From Candidatus Eiseniibacteriota bacterium (GTDB lineage Bacteria; Eisenbacteria; RBG-16-71-46; CAVPCR01): DNA of 64,000 nt. Below, one piece after another: positions 43,592-54,900 of the stretch (its first letter is position 1; each line of letters opens with the position of its first letter). The notes below the pieces were generated by a model. That model ran no database searches, had not been told where the DNA came from, and saw nothing but the letters and a program-made list of their open reading frames with translations. A program made the translations under genes and the position numbers. Location: NCBI GenBank assembly GCA_963823555.1, contig CAWGMA010000002.1:544001-608000 (forward strand), read 5' to 3'.

Positions 43592-44050
43592 ATGATGCGG
43601 GTGAAGATCGCTCGTTTCCTCTGCGCCCGTCTCTGGGCCCTGCCCGCCACTCTCATCGGCCTCGCCGCCCTTCCGCTCGCCCTTCTCGGCGGGGGCCGGG
43701 TGTGGCTCGTTCACGGTGTGATCGAGGCGCATGGCGGTCTTCTGGCGCATCTTCTCCGTCATGGCGTGCCCATCGCCCGCGGTGCGGCTGCCATGACCCT
43801 CGGCCATGTCGTCCTCGGCCGGAACGACGAGTGCCTCACCGCCTGCCGCGAGCACGAGCGCGTGCACGTGCGCCAGTACGAGCGCTGGGGGCCGTTCTTC
43901 CTTCCTGCCTACTTTCTGGCGAGCGCCATCGCCGCTCTCGGCGGCGGACACTACTACCGTGACAACTGGTTCGAACGCGCCGCGTTTCGCGCAGCTCCCG
44001 CTTCCAGGCCGGAGACGAGTCGGCGCGCGGGACAAGAAGGAGTTTCGTGA
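43592..44050 (+). CDS. Hypothetical protein with HExxH motif (DUF4157-like metallopeptidase)
   Basis: AMTLGHVV...HERVHVRQYERWG...DNWFERAA. Confidence 0.7.
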   Translation: MMRVKIARFLCARLWALPATLIGLAALPLALLGGGRVWLVHGVIEAHGGLLAHLLRHGVPIARGAAAMTLGHVVLGRNDECLTACREHERVHVRQYERWGPFFLPAYFLASAIAALGGGHYYRDNWFERAAFRAAPASRPETSRRAGQEGVS

Positions 44051-44562
44051 TGACCCAACCTGCCGCCTGGCTCCGTGGTCCCGTCACGGGGATCGATCCC
44101 TGGCTCACGCCCGCGGCCCTCGGCTTCATCCAGGCCGGCGAGGATTGCGCGGCCGCGGTCGATGGCCTGACGGCGGCCGAGGTGTGGGCGCCGGTGCCGG
44201 GGGGAGCGGCGACGATCGGGTTCCATCTCCGGCATGTGGCCGGCACCACGGAGCGACTGCTCACCTACGCGCGTGGAGAAGCGCTCACTCCGGAGCAGAT
44301 CGCGAGTGCCCGGGCCGAGGCGGATCCGGGGGAGCATCCTCCGGACGCCGGGGAGCTCCGGCGTGAGGTCGACCGGGCGCTCGCGCGGGCGCTCGATCAG
44401 CTGCGCGCGACGCCGCGGGAAACGCTCCTCGATCCGCGCGCGGTGGGTCGCGCCGCGCTCCCGACGACCGTCCTCGGCGCCATCACCCATGCCGCCGAGC
44501 ACGCGCAGCGGCACGCCGGACAGGCGCTCACGACGGCCCGCATCCTGCGCGCGCTCCGGTAG
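44050..44562 (+). CDS. DinB family protein
   Basis: IGFHLRHVAG...RLLTYARG...HAAEHAQRHAGQ. Confidence 0.82.
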   Translation: MTQPAAWLRGPVTGIDPWLTPAALGFIQAGEDCAAAVDGLTAAEVWAPVPGGAATIGFHLRHVAGTTERLLTYARGEALTPEQIASARAEADPGEHPPDAGELRREVDRALARALDQLRATPRETLLDPRAVGRAALPTTVLGAITHAAEHAQRHAGQALTTARILRALR

Positions 44563-44576
44563 CGCGCCACGAACCG

Positions 44577-45119
44577 TCAGGCTGGCGCCGCTTCCAGACC
44601 CGGGCGGATGCCAAAGACCCCGAGGATGAGCGCGAACACGATCAACTGGATGACCCAGCCGATCGCGCAGACCAGGATCGCCCGGCCCGTGCCCCGGTAA
44701 TCGAGAGCCTGACGCACCGCGACCACGAACGTGATCAGGGTCCAGATCCCGGTGACCGTGAGCACGACCCAGCCGAGAATCGGGATCCCGCCCAGCACAC
44801 GCAGGATCCCCGGGGACTGCGCAAAGCCGATCGTGCGCAGGAGCTGCCCGGTATTGGAGCGGGTCTCGGGGCCCGGCAGCAGCTTGGTGCCGATCAGGTT
44901 GGTCACGATCGCCCAGACGATCCAGCTGGCGAGGGCGGCGATGACACCGCCGACAAACCCCATCGCTCCCTCTTCGCGGAACACGACGCCGGAGGCGAGG
45001 CTGGACAGCAGGACCACCATCATCGCCTGGCCGGTGGCCCTGGTATCATGCTCGACCTCCTCATAAGTCGCGACGTCGAGCTTGGCTGCTCCGATCATGC
45101 GCTGAACGAACGAAGCCAT
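44577..45119 (-). CDS. YIP1-like membrane protein
   Basis: Several TM helices; YEEVEHD, LLRTIGFAQSP, VAVRQALDY. Confidence 0.72.
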   Translation of the reverse strand: MASFVQRMIGAAKLDVATYEEVEHDTRATGQAMMVVLLSSLASGVVFREEGAMGFVGGVIAALASWIVWAIVTNLIGTKLLPGPETRSNTGQLLRTIGFAQSPGILRVLGGIPILGWVVLTVTGIWTLITFVVAVRQALDYRGTGRAILVCAIGWVIQLIVFALILGVFGIRPGLEAAPA

Positions 45120-45320
45120 GTCCCTCCTCCTTTGCTTGGGCGACGGTAGCCCGCTTCGTCGCGGGCGCGGCGCTGATTGGACCAGGATTGACCGTGCTTG
45201 CGGGTCGTTGTATCACATTCCCGGTTTCCCCGGCAAAGCCGGATTGATAGGATCCTGCCGGCCGATCCATCGCGTGAGCGCCGCCTCGAATGAGGCGGCA
45301 CCTAGCTGACGGAGGACTCA

Positions 45321-45821
45321 ATGCCCCTGCGCACGTTGCTCCTGATCTTGATCGTCGGCCTGGTCGCGGTGTTCGCAGTGATCAACTGGACCGCGTTCAC
45401 CACGCCGACGGTGCTGTCGCTTCTCTTCGTCACGGTCGAGGCCCCGCTCGGGCTCGTCATGCTCGTCCTGACGGCGGTCGTCACCTTCATCTTCCTCGTC
45501 TTCGCGGTCTACCAGCAGGCCACCGCGCTCGCCGACTCCCGGCGCCACTCGCGTGAGCTGGCGCGACAGATGGAGCTGGCCGAGCAGGCCGAGGTCTCCC
45601 GCTTCACGGAGCTGCGCAACTACCTGGAGGTGGAGCTCGAGCGAATCGCCACCACCAGTGCGGAGGCGCGCGCGGGTCTCCAGTCGCGTCTGGATCGGCT
45701 CGATCAGGACCTGCACGCAGTGGTGAGCGAATCGGGGAACACGCTCACCGCCTACCTGGGGGAGATCGATGACCGCATCGAGCGGCACATCAAGGGACGC
45801 GGTCCCGATGAATCGGCGTGA
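45321..45821 (+). CDS. LapA/DUF1049-like membrane protein with coiled-coil tail
   Basis: AVFAVINW...LSLLF...APLGLVML, two TMs then a helical region; GGAGG RBS. Confidence 0.7.
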   Translation: MPLRTLLLILIVGLVAVFAVINWTAFTTPTVLSLLFVTVEAPLGLVMLVLTAVVTFIFLVFAVYQQATALADSRRHSRELARQMELAEQAEVSRFTELRNYLEVELERIATTSAEARAGLQSRLDRLDQDLHAVVSESGNTLTAYLGEIDDRIERHIKGRGPDESA

Positions 45822-46212
45822 TGGCGCCCACCCTCGTGGAGTGACGGCCATGCTGGCCGGGCTCTCGCTCCTGGCCTGCGCCGGGAACGCCGATCGGGCC
45901 ACGGAGACGGCGATCAAGAAGATCCATCTCGATCTTGCCGCCATCAACGCCGATGGCCTCGCCGGGCCGCCGGACGGCCTCCACGCCGTGAGCTACGAGT
46001 TCTGCGTTCCGGCGACCGAGGCTGCCGTCGCCGAGGTCCGGGCGATCGATCCCACGGTCGAGGTCATGCGCGGAGCCCGCGGGCGCATCGGCTGTCGCGA
46101 TGACCAGCTCCTGTGCCTGGGGCACACCCATCAGCCGGATTTCCGCGGTGTGCTGGTGCGGCTCGCGAGCCTCGATTATGTGGCCGCGATCGAGCCCTTC
46201 TACGGCGAGTGA
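45808..46212 (+). CDS. Hypothetical lipoprotein
   Basis: LLAC lipobox; SYEFCVP, GRIGC, LCLGHTHQ. Confidence 0.65.
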   Translation: MNRRDGAHPRGVTAMLAGLSLLACAGNADRATETAIKKIHLDLAAINADGLAGPPDGLHAVSYEFCVPATEAAVAEVRAIDPTVEVMRGARGRIGCRDDQLLCLGHTHQPDFRGVLVRLASLDYVAAIEPFYGE

Positions 46213-46222
46213 GCGGGGCCTC

Positions 46223-46985
46223 CTAGCGGCCCACCGGTTCCACCACGATCTCGATCTGGCTCGGGCTCTCGCGCGTGATGACGTGGTGGGCGGTGGTATT
46301 GATGAAGCGCAGCTGACCGCCGGCCGTGATGCGGGCGGATACCGCATAGGTGTCACGCGAGTCGATCGCGTCCGTGGAGTAGGCGAGGGTGAAGGGGAAG
46401 GGCACCTGGCGTCCGGCGGCGGGGATCACCTCCGCGGCGAGGGTGACCGCCGGAGCATCCATGCGCGAGACATCCTGGAGCTTCACCTGGATCACGGCGT
46501 CCGGCGGCAGCGCGATCCGCTGGCGATAGAGGACCGATCCGGTGACGAGGGCGCTGGCGCCGTTGTCGCGCTCGTAGGTGCCGGCCAGATAGCCCGGACC
46601 GGCGAGCGTGAGCGTGGATGGCGTGCACTCGGCCACGTGGAGGCGGGTCGCCTCGGGTTCGGGATAGCGTTCGCTGTTGGTGGTGACGACGAGGCTGTCG
46701 CCCGCGAGCGACCATGACACCCCGTTCATCCGCAGGTCGCCGACCAGACGGAAGACGCCGCCCTCGATGAAGAGGAGTCCGGATTTCGGCGCATCGGCCT
46801 CCGCAGCTCCGGAAGGCCGCATCCAGGTTCCTGGAATCATCTCCCCATGGACCTCAGGCCTGTCTGTCGGTCCGTGCGCCCGGCGTTTCAGCGTCCTGAT
46901 GCCCGTTCTGGCCGCAACCGGCGGCGATGACGACGAGGATGGCGGCACCCACCGCGGCGACAGTCTGCACGAAGCGATCGTTCAT
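46223..46985 (-). CDS. YbaY family lipoprotein with N-terminal lipocalin-like domain; frameshift near 46860
   Basis: AAGC lipobox in the 46854-47051 frame; VTGSVLYRQRIALPPDA...DVSRMDAP...QVPFPFTL...GQLRFIN. Confidence 0.8.
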
Positions 46986-47151
46986 GGGTTCTCCCAACCA
47001 GAGGACGGCCACCTGGCCCGGCAGTCTAGGTGCTCGAACCGGCCGTCGCAACCGCGCCCCGCTTGGCAGGGAAGGTCCCTGCCGCTAGACTGTCGGCGGC
47101 CGGCGGCCAGCCATGAATCGCCGGTCCGGTCCCCCGCGCGGAGGTGGAAAG

Positions 47152-47661
47152 ATGAAGCGTGGCTCGCTCGCTCTGGTTTCGATCGCCTTCCTGGTGTTCG
47201 CCTGCCTGTCCGCCGGCTGCCGCTCGGGAGGGATGCCGGCGTCCTCCACGGCCACGACGGCCGAGACCGCCAGCACGGAAGCGGTCACGACGACTTCCGC
47301 CGCGGGATCCGCCTCGGCCACGACGTCGACATCCACGTCGGCCTCGGCGTCGGCCAAGGTGGAGGCGGTCACTCCGGCCGCGACGGGCTACGATCTCTAC
47401 AGCTGGGAGGCCGGCGGCGCCTGGAACTTCTCCCTCCTGCCCGGGGCCAACCGCCTGCGTTCCTTCGACGAGATCAAGAACGCCGAGATCACGGCGCAAG
47501 GAATTGCGGAGATCAAGAGTAAGCTGCGAAAGCTGCCGAGCGGGGAGAAGGTGACCTGGACGGCCAAGGTGGTGAACACCTCCATGCCGTCCTACGAGGT
47601 CGTTGACGACCTGAGCCGCTACTGCGCGCAGATGGGGCTCAGCCTGACCGTGGGCTACTAG
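47152..47661 (+). CDS. Hypothetical lipoprotein with Ser/Thr/Ala-rich linker
   Basis: SAGC lipobox, low-complexity STA tract, GYDLYSW...FSLLPGANR domain. Confidence 0.65.
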   Translation: MKRGSLALVSIAFLVFACLSAGCRSGGMPASSTATTAETASTEAVTTTSAAGSASATTSTSTSASASAKVEAVTPAATGYDLYSWEAGGAWNFSLLPGANRLRSFDEIKNAEITAQGIAEIKSKLRKLPSGEKVTWTAKVVNTSMPSYEVVDDLSRYCAQMGLSLTVGY

Positions 47662-47692
47662 TTCTGCGCCGGCGCCGCGGGCTCCAGCACCA

Positions 47693-49159
47693 TCACCGCA
47701 CGAGGGTCACGCGCGTGATGAGCCGTTCCATCCCCGCCGGCGCGACGAGCCAGTAAGCCCCGGCGGGACACGGGCGTCCGCGATCGTCCTGTCCGTTCCA
47801 GATGGCGAGCGCCCGCGCGCCGGCCGGCGTGAGCGCGACTTCGGCCACTCGCCGGCCGTTGACGTCGAACACGCCGACTGCCTCCGGACGATCGAGCCCG
47901 CCGACCTCGATCCGCGTCAAGCCGCTCGCCGGGTTGGGGTATGCCGAGATCCAGCGCGCCGCCCCTGGCGCCTCCCCGGCGTCGCCCACGCCGAGGTCCC
48001 CGTAGTCGAAGCCGACAAAGACCTCCTCGCTGCCCGGATCCCCCTCCACCCACGCGAACACGGGAAAGCCGCGAACCGAGAGGGCATTGTCGATGCCGGC
48101 ATGCATCTCGAAGAACCAGGAATCGTCGAGCCATACGCCGTTGGTGCGGCTGAAATAGAACATCGCCTCCCCGGTCGGCTGCAGCATGAAGTCGTAAGCC
48201 GACTGGTACCAGAAGGCATGCGCCCGGCCGAGACCGTCGATCCGGAGCGCCGGGTAGCGCGGCCAGGTGTACTCGTCCATGGGGACCGAGATGTCCTCGG
48301 GATCGGTCCAGCCGGTCGCCGTCTCCTCGACATAGAGCATGATGTTGCACGGGCAGGTGGGCTGCGGGCCGTTGGTGAGGATGTGATGGCGCCCGTCAGG
48401 GCCGGCGGCGACCTCCATCGTGGGGCCGAAGGAACCCGGCACCGTGAAGGGGCCGAGCCACTGCCCGGCGCTCCGCTCCAGGAACAGGATCTCCGTGTCG
48501 TTCTCGAACCAGTAGACGCGGGGTTCCTCGCTCCCATCGATCCCGACCGGTTCCACCTGGACGCCGGCGAAGTCGGCCGATCCGAAGATCCGTTCCCTCA
48601 GGCGCACGGGCGTCCGCCACGCGCCGCCCACGCGCTCACTGAACCAGATGTCGCTCTCGAGCGAGCGGCGTTCCTCGACCCAGGCGAGATAGATCGGCTC
48701 ATCCGCCGTTTCGAGGCGAATGCCGAACTCGGGGCTGGCCGTCGGGAATCCCATCCCGCTCGAGAGGATGACCGGCGCCGACCACTCCTCTCCCAGCCAC
48801 TCGTGAACGACGATCGCATCCTCGCGGGCGAAGGCGATGAACACCCGCCCCACTGCTGAGCACATGGCCGGATCCCGCCCCGGCCCGAGCGAGATCGGCG
48901 GGAAGATCATGTCGGCCGCGAAGCGACGCGTCACGATCTCCGCGCCCGACTCCTCCCAGGCGACGAGGTGTCCGTAGTAAGAGTCGGCGGTCACCGGCTC
49001 CCGCGAAGAGCCCGGGGTCCCGGAGATGTTCCAGATCTGGAAGCCGAACTGGCCCTCGGCCACTTCCACGAGGATGAGCATCGCGGCGGCGAGCAGCGCG
49101 GCGACGAGGAGGAAGCCGGGATGGCGGGACCGATCGAAGCGGTGCGACGAAGTCAACAT
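47693..49159 (-). CDS. Secreted hypothetical beta-rich protein with FlgD-Ig/CTD-like tail
   Basis: Signal peptide; repeated xAWxE / W..P units; PNPA...FDVNGRRV...WNGQDDRG...AGAY. Confidence 0.75.
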   Translation of the reverse strand: MLTSSHRFDRSRHPGFLLVAALLAAAMLILVEVAEGQFGFQIWNISGTPGSSREPVTADSYYGHLVAWEESGAEIVTRRFAADMIFPPISLGPGRDPAMCSAVGRVFIAFAREDAIVVHEWLGEEWSAPVILSSGMGFPTASPEFGIRLETADEPIYLAWVEERRSLESDIWFSERVGGAWRTPVRLRERIFGSADFAGVQVEPVGIDGSEEPRVYWFENDTEILFLERSAGQWLGPFTVPGSFGPTMEVAAGPDGRHHILTNGPQPTCPCNIMLYVEETATGWTDPEDISVPMDEYTWPRYPALRIDGLGRAHAFWYQSAYDFMLQPTGEAMFYFSRTNGVWLDDSWFFEMHAGIDNALSVRGFPVFAWVEGDPGSEEVFVGFDYGDLGVGDAGEAPGAARWISAYPNPASGLTRIEVGGLDRPEAVGVFDVNGRRVAEVALTPAGARALAIWNGQDDRGRPCPAGAYWLVAPAGMERLITRVTLVR

Positions 49160-49271
49160 GACTCGCGCCCTCCTTGTGCACCATCAAGCCTAGCGCCAGC
49201 CGTCGCTCCCGGCAAGAGACGTCTCCGGGCGTGCGGCGTGGTGCTGGACTCGGTCAAAGGTTCGAGTCGAC

Positions 49272-51842
49272 CTAACGGACGAGAACGATCCGCGCCGCCG
49301 CGCGTGCGCCGCCCTCCGCCTCGAGGCGAAGGAAGTACACGCCGCGCGGCGCCAGAGCGCCGCTCGTGGCGCGCCCGTCCCAGACGAGGGCATGCTCGCC
49401 CGCGGGCAGAGCCCGGTCCGCGAGCACGCGCACGACCCGACCTGCCACATCGTGGATCGCCAGCCGCGTTCGCGCCGCTCCCGGTGTCGTGAAGCGGATC
49501 GTCCCGCCCGGATGGAACGGATTGGCGAAGGTGGGCGCGATGCGCACGGTCGAGGCTCCCGCATCCGCGGCGATGCCTGACGAGGCCCTCAGCCCCTGGA
49601 TCACGAAGTCATCGAACGTGAATCCATCCCGCTGCAGCGAGCCATCGCTGCGGAGAAGGAAGCGGAAACGCACATCGCTCCGATCGAGCCACGGCCCGAG
49701 ATCGACCTGGCTCTCGACCCAGGCGGTTTGCGTTCCCTCGTAGACCGGGACCCCGACCGGCACCTGCGTGCCCTGGCCGCTTCCCGGGACCGTGAGGCTG
49801 GTGGCCACCGCCTGCCAGCTCGTGCCGCCGTCCACCGAGAGCTCGAGCTTCACGCAATCCCAGTCGGGCTCGATGTCCCACCGCGACCAGAACGTGAGGC
49901 TCCCGCTCGCGATCCGGGTGAGATCGACGGGCGCCGACATGGCGCAGGGGTTGGTGGCGTTCGCCGGGTAGTTCGTCCCCGGGCTGTCGGTCATCGCGGT
50001 CGTCGGGCTGTGGTAGGTGGCCGTCGTCAGCGCCCAGCCCCCGGTCCACAGGGCTCCTCCCGCCTCGAAGTCGTCGGCGAAGAGGATCGTCTCCTCGGCC
50101 TCGGGCAGGACGAAGTCGAAGGTCTCCCCGGGTTCGTCCACGGTCACGATCAGAGTCGCCGGCACATGGCCCGGGCTCGAGACGTCGAAGCGGTAGTCGC
50201 CATAGGCGAGGTCGACGCTGTACGCCCCACCGTTCGCCGCATTCGAGTGCACGGTCGCGACCGGGGTCCCCACCGGGTGGGTGCGGATCTCGAGCGTCGC
50301 GTCGAGCCCGGCTCCCATCGTATCCCGGACATGTCCGGCGACCTGGCTCACCTGCTCCGGATCGAGGGCGACATCGAGCACGGTCGGCGTGCCCCAGGTG
50401 GTCGTGACTCCGGTCATGGTGCGGGTCGTGTACCCCGGCGCCGAGAACACGAGGTCGTAGGTGCCGGTCTCGAGGAGCTTGTAGTAGTCGCCGAAGTCGG
50501 GGTCGGTGAAGACGGGTTTCGAGTTCCCGACCACGCTCACCGTGGCGGCGAGCGGCAGGCCCGAGTCGGAGGCGGTCACGATCCCGTTCACCCCGTAGCG
50601 CGCCGCCTTGATGAAATGCATGAAGCTCTCGCGGTTCTCGTTCCAGAGCTGGTCGAGAGTGCTCGCGGGCGGCATGAAGGCGTTCGAGCACTCGATCGTG
50701 TTGTCGATCCCTCCGGTCTCGTGATACGACCAATCTTGAAGACTGCCATTCACCTCGTACCAGGCGTAGCCGTTGGTGATGCCCTGCGGGAAGCTGCCGT
50801 TGTACATCGGGAGGTTGTAGGTCGAGTACTCGAGACAGAGGAGCACGATGGCATCGTTGTCGGGGGCGAGCACCGAGGTGTGATCCCACACATAGTTGAC
50901 GACCAGCGCTCCCGCGTGCCCGTTCTCGCTGATCACGAAGTTGTGCGTGTAGCCGTGGTTCTTGATGACGATGGTCTCGGGCTCCTCGGCGTACGTGCCG
51001 TCATCCCCGATCGAGCCATCCGGCACCGGGAAGTTCCGGTTGAGGTCCATGTTGTGGGCGTTGCGGCGCGTCCCGGCGACGAGACCATCGGGATTGAGGC
51101 AGGGCACGATGTGGATCTCGTAGTGGTCGACGAGGTTGGTGACCTCGGGGACGACCCCGTAGTTGGTGGTCAGGTAGTCGACGAGATAGAGGAGCATCTC
51201 GAGCCCGGGCGGCTCGTTGCCATGGATCGTGCTCACGAGCCGGACCTCGGGCTCCGCTTCCTCGTTCGCCGCGTTGTCGCTGATCACGATCGACCACAGC
51301 TCACGGCCCAGGACCGATTGCCCCATCGACCCCGCCCGGGCGATCGCGGGATGGTCGAGCTCGGTCTGGGCGAGGATCTCGCCGATCTGCGCGTAGGTGT
51401 GATAGACGCCCATCTTGCCCAGGCGGAGCTCGTCACCGCCGAGTTCAGCCTGCGCCGCCCATGCCGCCTCGATGGCCCGCCTCGCCTCGGCTTCGCGATC
51501 CGGCAGGCGTTCATGGACGACCCCGGCCTGCTCGAGCCGGTCGGCTTCCTCCGCCGTGACCCGGGTCTCGATGACGAGATGGCTCTCCTTCACGCCGTCG
51601 ACGACGATCTGCACGTTCTCGCGGTCGAACTCGGCGAGCGGCACCCGCTCGAGGAGATCGGCCAGGGCGGCGGCGTCCGCCGCCTCGAACCGGACGGGGA
51701 AGTCCTCGTAGATCCGTGCCTCCCATAGCGGAAGACCGTGGTCGTCGACCGGGATCGGCGCGGCGGCGGCGATCCCCGTGGCGAGCAGGAGTCCGATTCC
51801 GGCGATGACGGCAGGCGAGGGCGCATGGGCGAGGCGGATCAT
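49272..51842 (-). CDS. Secreted M14 zinc carboxypeptidase with regulatory domains, jelly-roll domain and FlgD-Ig tail
   Basis: IHGNE, NPDG, RRNA..DLNRNFP, HAGALVVNY, GITNG.AWY..GSLQDW. Confidence 0.9.
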   Translation of the reverse strand: MIRLAHAPSPAVIAGIGLLLATGIAAAAPIPVDDHGLPLWEARIYEDFPVRFEAADAAALADLLERVPLAEFDRENVQIVVDGVKESHLVIETRVTAEEADRLEQAGVVHERLPDREAEARRAIEAAWAAQAELGGDELRLGKMGVYHTYAQIGEILAQTELDHPAIARAGSMGQSVLGRELWSIVISDNAANEEAEPEVRLVSTIHGNEPPGLEMLLYLVDYLTTNYGVVPEVTNLVDHYEIHIVPCLNPDGLVAGTRRNAHNMDLNRNFPVPDGSIGDDGTYAEEPETIVIKNHGYTHNFVISENGHAGALVVNYVWDHTSVLAPDNDAIVLLCLEYSTYNLPMYNGSFPQGITNGYAWYEVNGSLQDWSYHETGGIDNTIECSNAFMPPASTLDQLWNENRESFMHFIKAARYGVNGIVTASDSGLPLAATVSVVGNSKPVFTDPDFGDYYKLLETGTYDLVFSAPGYTTRTMTGVTTTWGTPTVLDVALDPEQVSQVAGHVRDTMGAGLDATLEIRTHPVGTPVATVHSNAANGGAYSVDLAYGDYRFDVSSPGHVPATLIVTVDEPGETFDFVLPEAEETILFADDFEAGGALWTGGWALTTATYHSPTTAMTDSPGTNYPANATNPCAMSAPVDLTRIASGSLTFWSRWDIEPDWDCVKLELSVDGGTSWQAVATSLTVPGSGQGTQVPVGVPVYEGTQTAWVESQVDLGPWLDRSDVRFRFLLRSDGSLQRDGFTFDDFVIQGLRASSGIAADAGASTVRIAPTFANPFHPGGTIRFTTPGAARTRLAIHDVAGRVVRVLADRALPAGEHALVWDGRATSGALAPRGVYFLRLEAEGGARAAARIVLVR

Positions 51843-51859
51843 GGTGGTTCCTTTGGTTC

Positions 51860-51885
51860 GCGGCCCCGCCCGGAGGCGGGGCCGC
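51860..51885. promoter_or_regulatory. 11-bp perfect GC hairpin between the C25 and M14 genes
   Basis: GCGGCCCCGCC-CGGA-GGCGGGGCCGC; no U tract. Confidence 0.45.
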
Positions 51886-51911
51886 TCGTGGGTTCCTGCG
51901 TCTCAGGATGA

Positions 51912-54900
51912 CTACTTGAGGAGCAGCATCCGCCGCGTGAGCGTCCGGCCGTCCGCATCGAGCCGGTAGAAGTAGAGGCCGCTCGCCACGGTGCGACCGC
52001 TCGAGTCGCGACCGTGCCAGATCACGTGATGGAGCCCGGCCGCCCATGGCCCGGAGGCGAGTGTCGCCACCCGCCGCCCGGAGACATCGAACACCGCGAG
52101 ATCGATCTCGCTCGCCTGCGGCAGCGCGAAGTCGATCCGGGTCGCCGGGTTGAAGGGGTTCGGCACGTTCGCGCCGAGCGCCACCTCCGCCGGCAACGGC
52201 GCGCCATCCGCGCCGACGCCGGTCGTCGAGCCGTAGCGGAACCTGAGGCACCACTCGTTGAGGGTGCCGGTGTCCACGCCGGCGAGATCGGCGACATGGA
52301 GCGACCACTCGCCGTCGGTCGGCTCGCCGATGAAGGCATCGAGGCTCTGCGCCGGGGCGACCTCCGTCGGATACCAGCAGTGGATGTTGTCGGTGGTGCC
52401 GCCCGACCGGTTGTGCAGCATGACGCTCGTCCCGCGCGGCGAGGTGAGCGTCACCTGGAGATCGCCGATGTAGGTGTGCGTGATGTCGAGATGGACCTCG
52501 AGCGCGGTGATGGTCCCGCCGATCGCCACCGGCATCCGGTCAATGACCCCCGTCGGGCTGTTGTCGGGAATCGGGAGATTGGGCTGCCGGCAGAGTGTCG
52601 TCTCGGTGACCGGCGTCAGCGTGAAGTCGACGCCTGTCATGTGCTGGCCCTCGGTGAGGGTCACCTCCTCGACCCCGGTCGACCAGCCGTCCTTGGTGGC
52701 GATGATCTGGTAGTCCCCGGCGAACAGCCCGGGCAGCGTGTACTCACCGCTCGTGCCGGTGACGACGAAGCCGCCGTTGGGAACGGCAGCCACCCGGACG
52801 CCGGAGTGATCGCTCTCGCCGTCGAGGGTCACCCTTCCCGCGACCGACGACGTGCCGGCCTCGGGGGTGATGAGCCAGAGGACCGCGTTCTCGATGAGCT
52901 GCGGCCGCACGTTCGCGTCCATCGCCCCGTAGTTGAAGGCGAAGAAGACGATCTGACCGCCCTCGGGGGCGGGGTTCGGATCGTAGGCGATGATCGAGGC
53001 GTCGCTCGGGTAAGTCGACCAGTTGCCGACCATCACCGCGTCCGGCGTCTGCACGAGCGCGTCCTCGTCGCCGTAGCCCACATAGTTCATGGTGATCGGC
53101 CCGGTGATCACGTTGGGTACGCTCACCACGCGATGCGCCGGCGTGGCCACGGTCACGTTGCCGCTCTGATCGTGGTTCCAGTCGCTGATGTGCAGCACGG
53201 TCGAGGCGAAGGCGGTGTTGCCGTAGTGGTCATAGCCGACCTCGCCGCCCTCGACGAGGAGATGGCCGCCGGCCGTGACGTAGTTCTGGAGTGCCGTGCG
53301 GAAGTTCGCATCGTTGAGGGTCGTGATGTTGCTTCCGCTACAGACGAGGAGGAGATCGTAGTCCGGCCAGGTCGCCGGGTTCGTCGTCCCCATCGTCTCC
53401 ACGGTCACGGCATAACCCAGGTCCTCGAGATCGGTCTGGACCTCGGCGACCGACTTGTCGTCCTCGAGGACGATCGAGCCCGCGGCGAGGATCTCCCCTG
53501 TCTTCTCCTCGACCTTGGCCGGCCGCTCTCCGGCCTTGGCTGTGTCATCGATGACGAGGAGATCGCCGGCTGTCGGGTCGAGCACGAAGTGCTTCTCGGT
53601 GACGGGCTCCTCGATCGTGATCGGGAGCGTCACCGGGATGTGGCGGAAGGCTCGCACCTTGACCACGTACTCGAAGTAGGGGACCGCCGGCGAGGTGTAG
53701 GCGCCGGTTCCGGGGTCGGTCGTGGTCTCGGCGATGAGCTCGTTGGTGTCGAAGCGGTAGAGCTTGACCGTGGCGGCGAGCGGCGCTCCGGTCCCGGTCT
53801 CGGTGACGGTGCCGGAGAGGACGCCCGAGGGCGCCGGGTCGAGCTCGATCGAGAGCACGTTGTCCCCATAATTGAGGAAGTAAGGCTCCTCCCAGTGCAG
53901 GTAGCCGAAGCGGTCCACCTTGATCGTGTACTGGTCGACGAGGATCGGATCCGGCATCGCGTAGTCGCCGCTCGCATTCGTCGTCGCCTGGAAGGCGAGC
54001 CCGCCGTCCATGTCATAGCCGCGGACGAGCGCCCCCGCGACCGGTGTGGCCCCGGAGCTCACGTTCCCGGCGAGCGTGCCGTAGGCCTCGATGATGGGGA
54101 AGGTCTCCTCGTGGAGGTCGTACCCCGAGATGGCGATGACGCCGCGCACCTCGCCCAGCTCGTGCGGTGTGAGCGTCAGGGTGGTGCCGCTCGTGCTCAC
54201 GCCGGGGTCGTCGTTGACGAAGGCCCACAGGGTGTGTCCGGGTTCGGAGACGTCCGCGTGCAGCACGCCCGGCAGGTTCAGCGGGAAGGCGTCATCGAGC
54301 CCGATCGACGTCGTCACGTAGAGATCGGGATCGGAGAGCGGGAGTGCGATCACCTCGAGGTCGACGCGGAAGAGCTCCCACGGATCTGCCGGATCCTTGC
54401 CCACGATGTCGAGGCTCGGACCGTACGGATAGTTGATCGTCACGACGCACTGCCCGCCGGCCCCGGTCACCGAGTGGGGCGTCGAGTAAGCGAGACCCTC
54501 CGCCCAGACCTCGATTCCCGGTCGGGCGTCGACGCCGTCCGCCTCGTAGACGCCGACCGTGACCGGGGTCGTCACGTTGGCCTCGATGACGCTCGGGTCG
54601 AGGGTCACCACCGCCGGTACGATGACGTTCAGGTCGGTGATGTAGGGCTCGCGGTTCTGCGCCATCACGACCAGGCGGGCCGACCCAGGTACCAGGAGCG
54701 AGCTCAGATGTGAGCGTCGACGCTCCCGCTCTCATCCGACCGTGCCGGCGCCGACGAGCTCGCCGTCCTGGGTCAGGCCGACGTAGCTTCCGGGTACCGC
54801 CGTCGACGTCGACCGACGTCGGTGTTGGTGAAGAGCGTCGCCGGATGGGCGACCGGGTTCGTCGCTCGGCACGCCGAGGTAGGTGCGAGAGGCTCGGATC